DNA of 29,694 nucleotides from a virus (lineage: Duplodnaviria > Caudoviricetes), in IMG/VR virus record IMGVR_UViG_3300033067_000467, positions 1-29,694 of that record. The stretch is one strand, 5' to 3'. The position numbers and the translations under genes are program-made. Numbering within the stretch: position 1 is the first letter of the stretch; each line of letters opens with the position of its first letter. Positions 8,412 to 16,320 of the stretch are shown here, piece after piece. Under the pieces are notes generated by a model that was given only the letters and a program-made list of their open reading frames with translations, had not been told where the DNA came from and ran no database searches.

Positions 8412-8590
8412 CAGACGAACACGATCCGCAGCGACGCCGTCGCCTCGTCATAGCAACGGCGGAGCACTTCATCGAACCCGAGACTGCTCCCGCCAGGCCC
8501 GGCCGCGGCGACCACTTCGGTCGTCGCGAGCTGGCCGTAGGTCGCGTCGCTGTCGTCGTAGCTGTAGGCGAGCACGCCGTTCGCGTCCAT
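8411..8590 (-). CDS. 59-aa protein made of two copies of a motif shared with the next gene's N-terminus
   Basis: TGATG overlaps on both sides; MDANGVLAYSYDD...FDEVLRRCYDEATASLRIVFV. Confidence 0.7.
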   Translation of the reverse strand: MDANGVLAYSYDDSDATYGQLATTEVVAAAGPGGSSLGFDEVLRRCYDEATASLRIVFV

Positions 8591-11500
8591 CAAGCCCTCT
8601 GAATCAGTCGAGACGCAACGGGCGTCAACTTGATCCACGAGCCAGCGCGAATCTTCGCATCGGACGCGTGAGCGGTCGCCTGTGCCATCTTCAACTGGAA
8701 CGTCCCGGCCGTCGACCCGATCGTGACGAGTCCACGCGGGTTGCACCCGTCAAGCGTCGCCGTCCCTTCGGCGCCGACGTCGTAGTTCCCGGTCGACACA
8801 CGCGCAAGCCACTGCGACGAGTCGGCAGCGATCGACGTCTTCGGGCCGAACGGGCCCCACGTGATCGACGCGCCGGTCGGCATCGTCCAACCGAGGCTGA
8901 TGTCAGCGGACGGATCGGCAGAGAACGCCACGAACCCTTCGAGGATGTACGACGTATTCGCAGCGACCGGGACCGAAAGGACACTGTCGTTGACATGGGT
9001 CGTCGAGTTGTTGACGGCAGTCCCGTCAGATGTACGGACCGCAGTCAGCGTCATCGGCGCCTGGTCGATGTAGTTCCGTGAGTTCGCCGACGAGGTCATC
9101 AGGATGTCGTTGCCGATGTCGTACGTGTTGTTGCCGTAGGTGGTCGGCCAGACGATCGCGGACGGCGACGCTTCGTTGATGAACACGCGGACAGGGTCGG
9201 TGTAGCCGAGGCCGGTCGTGCTGTCGTAGTACGGGTCCCACACCCACCGGGCCGAGTTCCCCGTGAACGTGACGGACTTCATGTTCGACCAGTTCTCAGC
9301 CGAGAGCAGGCCCTTGAAGATCCCGGTCCGGTAGCCCTCTGCAGCCCAGGTGCTGTCAGTCGCGGTTACATCGACGGTGCTTGTCCCGTCGCGCGTCGTG
9401 GAGATCTTGAACGTCGTCGTCGACTGCCAGTCCACGAAGTAGACGGTGTTCGCCGTCACGCCCGACGCGCTCGTCACCGCCGAGAACACGATCGGCTGCC
9501 CGTCTCGCAGGCCATGCGCGCCCGACGTCGTGAACACGTTCGTGGTCGTGTTGCAGGTGATGTCGCCCGCTTGGAGGTTCGAGCTCGCCCCGTTGCTGTG
9601 GTTGATCTGATCGCACTTCGCGTGGAACGCGTTGCCTGTGATCGTCAAGCCGTTGACGAGTCGACCGACGGCGCCCTTGACGCGAATCGCCGGGTTCAGG
9701 TCGCCGCCGCCGGCACCGTTGTTGAAGACGTTGTTGGCGATCGTCATGTCGGTGACGTACGCGTCGTCGCAGTTCAAGAAGATCCACGCGCCCGACCCGT
9801 CTGTCGAGTCGTAGCCGGGGGCGTTGTCGAGGTAGTTCCCGACGATGCGGTGACCGCCGCCCGAGATGACGATGTGAGCGAAGCCGTGGCCGTAGGTCGT
9901 GACCCCAGACGAGATGGTGTCTGCGACAGCGCCCGAGAACGGGTGGCAGTTCACGATCCCGCACGTTGCGGCGGTCACCCAGAAGTTCACGTCGCAACGG
10001 ACAGCCTTCGTGTCCTCGAGGAGGCAGTCGGCGGCGTCCTTGATCCAGAACCCTGTGGTGTAGGCGGGGTAGGTAGTTGAGCCGAGCGTACCGATTCCGC
10101 CCATCGCACGCGACGACACGACGTTGCAGTCCTGCGCGTTGTTGGCCCTTGCGAGGATCGCTGTCGAGGTCGCGCCGCTCAGGGTGATCGCCGTGTCAGC
10201 GCGGGCGTTCGCGCGTGTCGTCGCGAGCGAAATCGTGTCCGCGTCGACACGGATGACGTAGTAGTCGTACCCGGCGGTCACGCCACCCAGGCCGTTCAAC
10301 GTCACGACGTTCACGAGTTCCAAGTCGGTCAGACCATGCGACGTTTTCGTCAGCGTGTTCCCCGACCGGGTCCACCCGGTGATCGACGTCGTGTCCTGCC
10401 CGATCGAGAACATCGGGAACATGCCTGAACCGTCTTCGGCGACGGAGAACCGGCCGGTGCCGGCGACCGGGCCGTGAACGCTGACCTCGCGGAACTGTGT
10501 CTCGCGGCCGTTGACAAGCACGACACCGCGAGTGCAGAGGCCGGCGGCATCGAACGAGACGCCACGGCAGAACTGGAACGTCTTGTTGCCGTCGTCAGCC
10601 GCTTCGTTGCCACGTTCGGGAGGCCCCTCGAATGTCGCGACCCACGGCATCGCTGCAGCGGCCGTGAACTTCGCGGTCGTGTGCGACGACATGTTGTGCG
10701 TCTGGCGGGGCGCGCCTTCCGTCACAACCGAGAGGCATTGCTGGTCGAAGAAGATCGGTCGGGTGACGGCGATGTTCGCGCCGGGCGGGAGGACGATCGT
10801 GTCGCCTTCGCCGGCCGCTGCGAGGACGGCATCCATCGCCGTGTCGTTCGACGACGCGTTCGTCCCGTCGAGGTACAGGCCCCACCGTTCGTCGCCCAGG
10901 TGGATCTCGTTGCCGTTGCGGCGGGGCTGCCAGGTGATGCTCGACCCGTCGTAGACCGGGATCTCGCCAAGGGCAGGAGCGGACGCTTCCCACGTTGTGC
11001 CGCGCACCTTCACAACCGTTGTCGCGTTCGACCCTTGCGACGCGGTCACGTCACCCGTAAGCGCGCCACGGGACAGGACCGACCCGGTCGCGACGATCGA
11101 CGAACCGTCCGCGGTGACCGTCGCGATCGGCAGCTTCTCGAACCCGATCGACGTCGATCCGACAGTCGGTGCCACCGTGTTCGTGCAGCGCCAGATCCCC
11201 GAGTTCGACGTCCCCGCCGAGACAGGCACCCATGCGCCGACGAACTCGCCGGTCTGATCGTTGTCGGTCGCACGCGCCCACGCGCCAGCCGCCGTGACAT
11301 AGACGCCGTTCTCGGCCGGGGCGGTCTGCCCGGTCAACAGGACACGCGACGTCGACGTGAGCACCCCGTCGATGGTCTGCTCGCCAGTCAGCGACACGTT
11401 CGACGTCGCCGCACACGCAACCGCGGACTTCCAGACGATCCCGGTCGAGAGGGCCGTCGCGTACGCCTGGGACGCAGCCGGGCTCCCGTCCGAGAGGGTG

Positions 11501-12510
11501 ACTGTCCCGGTGAACGTCGTCCCGCCCGCATCGACCACATGGCGCCACGCCGAGTCGACGTACGCCTCGAGCTGGTCGGTCGTCGTGTTGTAGACCGTCA
11601 TCCCCTCGACGGGGGTGAGGGCGTTGCGTTGCGTCGTCGTGAGACGGTTGAGGATCAGGGCCTTGTCGGTCGCTTGCAGGTCGATCGACGCGTCGTCGTT
11701 GGGGGCCGTGTCGATCGTCGTGCCGCCGACCGCGAGGGCGCCCATGTGCTGCGACTTGTACGCGCCGGTCTGGAACGCCCACGGGTCGTCGGCGGCGTTG
11801 CCGCCATCGGCGAGGTAGAACCCGGTCGCCTTCACGATCTGCCCGCCGCCGAACGCGCCGCCCACGGCGAGGTCGGCAACGAACGAACGGGCGTCGGTGA
11901 TGACTCCGCCGATCACGCCGACATGCGCGTACATGCCGATCGCGAGTGGGGTCGTCAACCCGGCCGCAGCATCCCAATGGAGCCACACTGCGGTCTGTTC
12001 GTCGGGTGGGTTCGCGCCGGTCGGCGCCGCCGAGATCCGCAGGCCGACGAGACGTGCAGCGGTCGCGTCGAGCGACGGCCGCACATAGATCATCTGCGCG
12101 TCGTGGATCTCCCCATCGGCGACCAGCGACGCCTTGTAGTCGACAGCGAGCGACACATGACTGTCGATCCAGTCGTCCGGTTCCCGGTCGGCCGTCACGA
12201 CCACCTGCGTGCCGAGCTCGGCGAAATCCTGGGCTGTATCGCCGTGGTTCCACGTCGCGCCCGCGTCGTGGGCGATGTCGGACGTGCCTTCCTGGGCGCG
12301 GCTGATCGTCGCGGTCGGTGAGTCAGCAGTGTGCGACGTGACGTAGACGATCTCGTAGTCGCCGTTCGCGTCGAGGATCGTGATCGCCGCATAGTCGGGC
12401 GCTGCGACCCGCCCCATCCGCGACAGGTTCGCCGACGTGAGCGTCGTCGCCCCTGCGGCCAAGTCGGTCGTGAGCGTCCCTGCGACATTGTCGAAACGGA
12501 GCCGTGCCAT
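8590..12510 (-). CDS. tailspike / receptor-binding protein with pectate lyase-like beta-helix (1306 aa)
   Basis: Fibre modules (LTTTQRNAL...YNTT; WKSAV..A...LTGEQTIDGV...QT..AENGVY), beta-helix entry motif NDTAMDAVLAAAGEGDTIVLPPG and Asn-ladder repeats (IVGNY, IANNVF, ITGNAF, FTGNS). Confidence 0.8.
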   Translation of the reverse strand: MARLRFDNVAGTLTTDLAAGATTLTSANLSRMGRVAAPDYAAITILDANGDYEIVYVTSHTADSPTATISRAQEGTSDIAHDAGATWNHGDTAQDFAELGTQVVVTADREPDDWIDSHVSLAVDYKASLVADGEIHDAQMIYVRPSLDATAARLVGLRISAAPTGANPPDEQTAVWLHWDAAAGLTTPLAIGMYAHVGVIGGVITDARSFVADLAVGGAFGGGQIVKATGFYLADGGNAADDPWAFQTGAYKSQHMGALAVGGTTIDTAPNDDASIDLQATDKALILNRLTTTQRNALTPVEGMTVYNTTTDQLEAYVDSAWRHVVDAGGTTFTGTVTLSDGSPAASQAYATALSTGIVWKSAVACAATSNVSLTGEQTIDGVLTSTSRVLLTGQTAPAENGVYVTAAGAWARATDNDQTGEFVGAWVPVSAGTSNSGIWRCTNTVAPTVGSTSIGFEKLPIATVTADGSSIVATGSVLSRGALTGDVTASQGSNATTVVKVRGTTWEASAPALGEIPVYDGSSITWQPRRNGNEIHLGDERWGLYLDGTNASSNDTAMDAVLAAAGEGDTIVLPPGANIAVTRPIFFDQQCLSVVTEGAPRQTHNMSSHTTAKFTAAAAMPWVATFEGPPERGNEAADDGNKTFQFCRGVSFDAAGLCTRGVVLVNGRETQFREVSVHGPVAGTGRFSVAEDGSGMFPMFSIGQDTTSITGWTRSGNTLTKTSHGLTDLELVNVVTLNGLGGVTAGYDYYVIRVDADTISLATTRANARADTAITLSGATSTAILARANNAQDCNVVSSRAMGGIGTLGSTTYPAYTTGFWIKDAADCLLEDTKAVRCDVNFWVTAATCGIVNCHPFSGAVADTISSGVTTYGHGFAHIVISGGGHRIVGNYLDNAPGYDSTDGSGAWIFLNCDDAYVTDMTIANNVFNNGAGGGDLNPAIRVKGAVGRLVNGLTITGNAFHAKCDQINHSNGASSNLQAGDITCNTTTNVFTTSGAHGLRDGQPIVFSAVTSASGVTANTVYFVDWQSTTTFKISTTRDGTSTVDVTATDSTWAAEGYRTGIFKGLLSAENWSNMKSVTFTGNSARWVWDPYYDSTTGLGYTDPVRVFINEASPSAIVWPTTYGNNTYDIGNDILMTSSANSRNYIDQAPMTLTAVRTSDGTAVNNSTTHVNDSVLSVPVAANTSYILEGFVAFSADPSADISLGWTMPTGASITWGPFGPKTSIAADSSQWLARVSTGNYDVGAEGTATLDGCNPRGLVTIGSTAGTFQLKMAQATAHASDAKIRAGSWIKLTPVASRLIQRA

Positions 12511-12884
12511 CAGTCATCGCCTCCGTAGGCTTCGGTGCCGAACGCGCCTCCGCCGTACCCGGCGCCCGCGGTCGAGTCGTCGGGCGGCGGCTCTACGCCC
12601 CAGCCGGTCACGGTGTACCCGGCGGCGGTGAGCGCCGCGGCTTCGGCGGCAGAGACCTCGCTGATTGTCCCGCCCTGGTAAGCGCGGACGATCGCAGCGT
12701 CGGTCGTCGGGTCGGGGTTCGATTCGACGAATGTGCCGTCAGCGAGCGAGAAGACGTTGACGGGTCGGGTCCCGACGCGCAAGAACCGGCCGAGCAGCGT
12801 GGTCGGCGAGTTCGGCCGTGCCCGGTCTGCGGCGGTGAGCCTTGCGATCTCGTCCCGTGCGGGAGGCGAGAAGGTATAGGTCAT
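12510..12884 (-). CDS. hypothetical virion-associated protein (124 aa)
   Basis: Coupled to neighbours by TGATG overlaps; YTFSPP...YQGG...VSAAEAAALTAAGY pattern; GYGGGAFG..AYG tail. Confidence 0.7.
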   Translation of the reverse strand: MTYTFSPPARDEIARLTAADRARPNSPTTLLGRFLRVGTRPVNVFSLADGTFVESNPDPTTDAAIVRAYQGGTISEVSAAEAAALTAAGYTVTGWGVEPPPDDSTAGAGYGGGAFGTEAYGGDD

Positions 12885-13108
12885 CAGGCCGACTTCTTGC
12901 GTGCGCGGCGAGCCTTCGGTGCGGGCTCGGCAGCCGGTTCCGGCTCCGGTTCGGGTTCCGGCTCGAGGACGGCAGGCGCGGCGCCCGCGGCCTTGCGTGC
13001 CCGGAACTCATCGAACGTGAACCGCCGGCCACAGGACCGACAGGTGACCTCTACGCCGAGAGCTTCGTACACCTCATCGGAGAGACAGTCGGGGCAAGAC
13101 AGAGCCAT
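12884..13108 (-). CDS. small zinc-finger protein (74 aa)
   Basis: MALSCPDC...CRSC, PE-repeat linker, basic tail; AAGGGA RBS. Confidence 0.7.
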   Translation of the reverse strand: MALSCPDCLSDEVYEALGVEVTCRSCGRRFTFDEFRARKAAGAAPAVLEPEPEPEPEPAAEPAPKARRARKKSA

Positions 13109-13118
13109 CAGGTGTCCC

Positions 13119-13538
13119 TTACGCGGAGATGGTGACTTCGACAGCAGCCGACGTCGACCCGGCATGGACGCCATCGGCAGATGCCGAGTAGACCGCCGTG
13201 TAGTCGTACGTCCCGGCCGCAGGGGTCGAGTCGGACAGGGTTGCGACACCGTCTACGAGATTGGCGGTCCCGAGCGACACGGCGTCGGCGAAGAACTCGA
13301 CCACGTCTGCTTCGTCGGTCGGGGTACGCCATGTCGAGGAGACGGTCGCGGTCATGTCGACGTTCGCGGCGGCGGTGACCGTCGTGTCCGCGATCGTCAG
13401 GACCGTCGTGGTTGCGACAGGCCCGACCGCATTGCCGTTCACGATCGTGCGGTACTCGTCGTCGTAGCGGCAGTACGCCCAGTCGCCGAGCCCCATGTCG
13501 ACGTCGGCTCGGCCGCACACGTCACAGAGAAGAGCCAT
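13119..13538 (-). CDS. Ig-like domain protein with N-terminal CxxC, possible capsid decoration
   Basis: ATTTVLT...MTATVS...VEFF...LGTANLVDGVATL...AGTYDYTAVYS...STSAAVEVTI matches the bacterial Ig-like group 3 pattern; AAAGGA RBS; follows the capsid gene. Confidence 0.75.
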   Translation of the reverse strand: MALLCDVCGRADVDMGLGDWAYCRYDDEYRTIVNGNAVGPVATTTVLTIADTTVTAAANVDMTATVSSTWRTPTDEADVVEFFADAVSLGTANLVDGVATLSDSTPAAGTYDYTAVYSASADGVHAGSTSAAVEVTISA

Positions 13539-13562
13539 CAGGATTCCTTTCCCAAGCGGAAG

Positions 13563-13588
13563 GCCCCCCGGCCCGAAAGCCGGGGGGC
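13563..13588 (-). terminator. hairpin terminator/attenuator after the major capsid gene
   Basis: Minus strand GCCCCCCGGC-TTTCGG-GCCGGGGGGC, UUCG-containing loop, weak U tail. Confidence 0.7.
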
Positions 13589-13601
13589 GCCCCTACTCCG
13601 A

Positions 13602-14591
13602 TCAGGTGTTCGTGCCGATCGAGCTGGCCGTGATCGCCTGGTACATCGCCGCCTCGCGGTAGGCGCCGTACCCGCCGAACCAGTACCAGCCGACACCCGA
13701 GAACCGGGACAGCACGTCCGTCACCGGGATCGCCCGGATGTTCGGCTGCGGACCCGACTTCGACTGGCTGTACGCCTTCGACACGGCCTGACGTCCCGTC
13801 ACGGTCGTGAAGTAGACGTCGATCGTGCCGGTGCTTCCGAGACCGTCACCGGCATCGGCGATGGTCCGACAACGTGGCGTCTCGACCCAGTTCACGCCGC
13901 CGAACACGCCGATCGACGAGAGCTGCAGCGGGTCGAGCGTGTCCGACGACGAGTACGCCGCCGACCAGTTGCCCGTGCCCGAGTCCTGCTGGAAGTCGTA
14001 CGACACGTCCGGGTGGATGTAGCCGGTGTACGCGTTCCCGCTGTTCGGCGTGACGTTCGCGCCACGCAGCTTCGCGGTCAGGTACCGGGCGAACGCGCCC
14101 GTGAACACGTCTGCGACGTCAACCTGGTTGTTGGCGTTCTCCGTGCTCGTCGGCGACGCCCACTTCCGGTTTGTCCGCTCCGTGCCCGTCTTGCCCTGCA
14201 CGACGTCGCGTGCGAGGGAGTCGAGCGAGATCGCCGCGTTCCGGCCGATCAGCTCGGCCGCGATCGGGTCAAACGGAAGGATGTAGCCGGCGCCGGTCAG
14301 GACGGGCGACATGCGGACGGCGTTGCCGTACTCGGAGAGGGTCACAGTGACCGTACCGGACAACATGTCCTCGGGGGTCACGTCGTCGGTCTCGTTGATG
14401 GGGATGGTGCCGTTCGACAGGTCGACCATCTGACGGAACGTGATGGTCGTGCCGGGGTGGTCGACGGCCATCGGGGACACGTCCGCGACGGCATCGAAGT
14501 GCATCTGAGGCCAGAGGGCGTAATCGACCGCGAGGTTGTACGCGGTAACGTTCCAGCCGACATCAGCGCGAGTGGTGGTGTCGATTGCCAT
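13602..14591 (-). CDS. major capsid protein (N4-gp56-like, HK97 fold)
   Basis: GTTITF, VTVTLSEYGNAV, GRNAAISLD, YIHPDVSYDF, IGVFGGVNWVET, D.L.RF..VGWY motifs; GGAGG RBS; follows the scaffold. Confidence 0.9.
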   Translation of the reverse strand: MAIDTTTRADVGWNVTAYNLAVDYALWPQMHFDAVADVSPMAVDHPGTTITFRQMVDLSNGTIPINETDDVTPEDMLSGTVTVTLSEYGNAVRMSPVLTGAGYILPFDPIAAELIGRNAAISLDSLARDVVQGKTGTERTNRKWASPTSTENANNQVDVADVFTGAFARYLTAKLRGANVTPNSGNAYTGYIHPDVSYDFQQDSGTGNWSAAYSSSDTLDPLQLSSIGVFGGVNWVETPRCRTIADAGDGLGSTGTIDVYFTTVTGRQAVSKAYSQSKSGPQPNIRAIPVTDVLSRFSGVGWYWFGGYGAYREAAMYQAITASSIGTNT

Positions 14592-14615
14592 GATGGATGC
14601 CTACCTCCGTAGGGC

Positions 14616-15110
14616 TCAGCGACCCACCCACGAAGAACCGTCAGGCCCGGCCGTGATCGCGTTGCCGACAAGCTCCCCACGCCGCCGCAGGTCTTCTGCG
14701 ATCTGCTGGGGAGTCATGCCACGCTTGAGCGTCTCGTCCGGGGACGACATTGCCGACACGCCACCGTTCGGCGCGGCGGCGGTCTGCTGCCACGCGTCCC
14801 GCACTTCAGGCGAGATCGTCTGCGTCTGCTGCTGCCCGACGATGCCGAGCTCTGCTGCCTTCGCGGCGATCTCTTCGACCGGACCCTGGTAGTTCTCGGC
14901 GAAGAACTTGCCTTGCGGCGAGTTCACGTCGATGCCGGCAGTCGCAAATGCGGCTTCCCGGCGGGTCCGGTTGAGTTCGGCCTGTGCTTCTGCGGCTGCT
15001 GCCTTCGCTGTGGCCGCTTCGGCTTGTGCGGACTTGAGGGCGTTGCGTAGCCCTTTCGGGCTGGCGTCGTCGTCGTGGTCCTGGTCGTCTTCGAGGATGG
15101 TGTCAGACAT
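14616..15110 (-). CDS. capsid scaffolding protein (164 aa)
   Basis: Acidic N-terminus MSDTILEDDQDHDDD then coiled coil; directly upstream of the capsid gene. Confidence 0.75.
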   Translation of the reverse strand: MSDTILEDDQDHDDDASPKGLRNALKSAQAEAATAKAAAAEAQAELNRTRREAAFATAGIDVNSPQGKFFAENYQGPVEEIAAKAAELGIVGQQQTQTISPEVRDAWQQTAAAPNGGVSAMSSPDETLKRGMTPQQIAEDLRRRGELVGNAITAGPDGSSWVGR

Positions 15111-15282
15111 AGGTGGTTGCACCCCTTCACGGATACGCGCGCCACCTGGGGGTCGGGGCGCGGAGAGGATCGACCTGCGATTACTCGGACCAGGCGCCGG
15201 TCGACGCGCCTGCCGGTAGACACTGGCCCCATGCCTGGGGCTACACAGACCTCGCCGCGTGTCGGACGCCGAGCCGGTACCT

Positions 15283-15313
15283 GGATATTTGCACAGGTCG
15301 TGCAGAAAGTCAA
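15283..15313 (-). promoter_or_regulatory. putative late promoter with TGCAC-N5-GTGCA palindrome
   Basis: Minus strand TTGACT, 17 bp, AAATAT; same element upstream of the terminase. Confidence 0.55.
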
Positions 15314-16320
15314 GAACCCGGCGTGGCCCCAAGCCCGACAACGCCGCGCTGCCCGGCCGCGAACCCGCCCGACCCCTCGTACTGGGCACGCTTCGACCGT
15401 TGACGCCGAGCGATGTATTCCTGCGCTCGGGCGTCGCCGGTCACGGCCGCGAGCTGCTGGTCCCGGCCGACACCGGCCGTATCGCCCGCCTGCTGCGCGA
15501 ACAGGTCCTCGTTTGCGACGAGGCTCCCGAACGCCTGACCGGCCTGCCCAGGGTCGAGACGCGACCCGACCATCTCGGCCTCGGCCGTCGACAACGCACC
15601 GAACCCGGCGTTCTGTGCTTCGGCGCCGATCTGACCCGACCGCCACATCTGCTCGATGCGGGACTGGGCACGGTCGGGGTCGAGCCAGAACTGGGCGAGA
15701 AGGTCGTCGCCGACACCGTAGAGGCGCTTCAACTCGGCGGCGACACCGCCCGACTGCTGCGCCGCCTGGTAGGCCATCTGGACGCGTGCGCCGACCTCGT
15801 TGGCCGACACGCCCTGGATCAACCACTGCTGGCGTTCCTGGTTCGAGTAGATGTTCTGCGCGCCGATTGTGCGGAGCGCGTCGAACGTGCGGTTCTCGTA
15901 CTCGATGATCTGCGCGGGTGACCACGCATGGCCCTGCTGCTGTAACGCCTCGTACGCCGGGAAGCGGTCCTTGAACTCCTTGCGGCCACGCATCTCGAAC
16001 TCGATGATCCCGATCGCATCCGACGACGCGCCGAGCTCCTTGTACCGCTTCCACGCCCACGGGGCGAGCGACCCCAGCCCGAACTCGTCTTGGAGCCACT
16101 TCACCAGGACCGTGTACGCCGGATCGATCGGCGTCCCGCCGCCACCGCGTCCGCCGCCAGGGTTGTAGCGGTCCTCGCCGCCAGTGTGCCGGTCCCGGCC
16201 ATGACGGCCGCCTTCGCTCCCGTTGCGCGTGCCGCCACCGCGGCCTCCCGTGCCGCCACGGTACGGGTCGGTGTTGTCGTGCCGTCCCGTCCCGGTCCCG
16301 CCACCTTCTGCGCCGGCCAT
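15310..16320 (-). CDS. internal virion protein (336 aa)
   Basis: Gly/Arg-rich disordered N-terminus, helical body (FKDRFPA, YENR, LDPDRA); lies between portal and scaffold. Confidence 0.6.
   Translation of the reverse strand: MAGAEGGGTGTGRHDNTDPYRGGTGGRGGGTRNGSEGGRHGRDRHTGGEDRYNPGGGRGGGGTPIDPAYTVLVKWLQDEFGLGSLAPWAWKRYKELGASSDAIGIIEFEMRGRKEFKDRFPAYEALQQQGHAWSPAQIIEYENRTFDALRTIGAQNIYSNQERQQWLIQGVSANEVGARVQMAYQAAQQSGGVAAELKRLYGVGDDLLAQFWLDPDRAQSRIEQMWRSGQIGAEAQNAGFGALSTAEAEMVGSRLDPGQAGQAFGSLVANEDLFAQQAGDTAGVGRDQQLAAVTGDARAQEYIARRQRSKRAQYEGSGGFAAGQRGVVGLGATPGS

Noticed and set aside
1951-12510. Diversity-generating retroelement or invertible tail-fibre system
   Set aside because: No reverse transcriptase, invertase, template/variable repeat pair or inverted cassette seen in the window.
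13119-13602. Frameshift or readthrough fusion of the Ig domain to the capsid protein, as in T7 10B
   Set aside because: No slippery site seen; a terminator-like hairpin intervenes and the Ig gene has its own RBS.
10474-14612. Long + strand ORFs (615 and 702 aa) and similar ones elsewhere
   Set aside because: Antisense shadows of real genes, expected in high-GC DNA.
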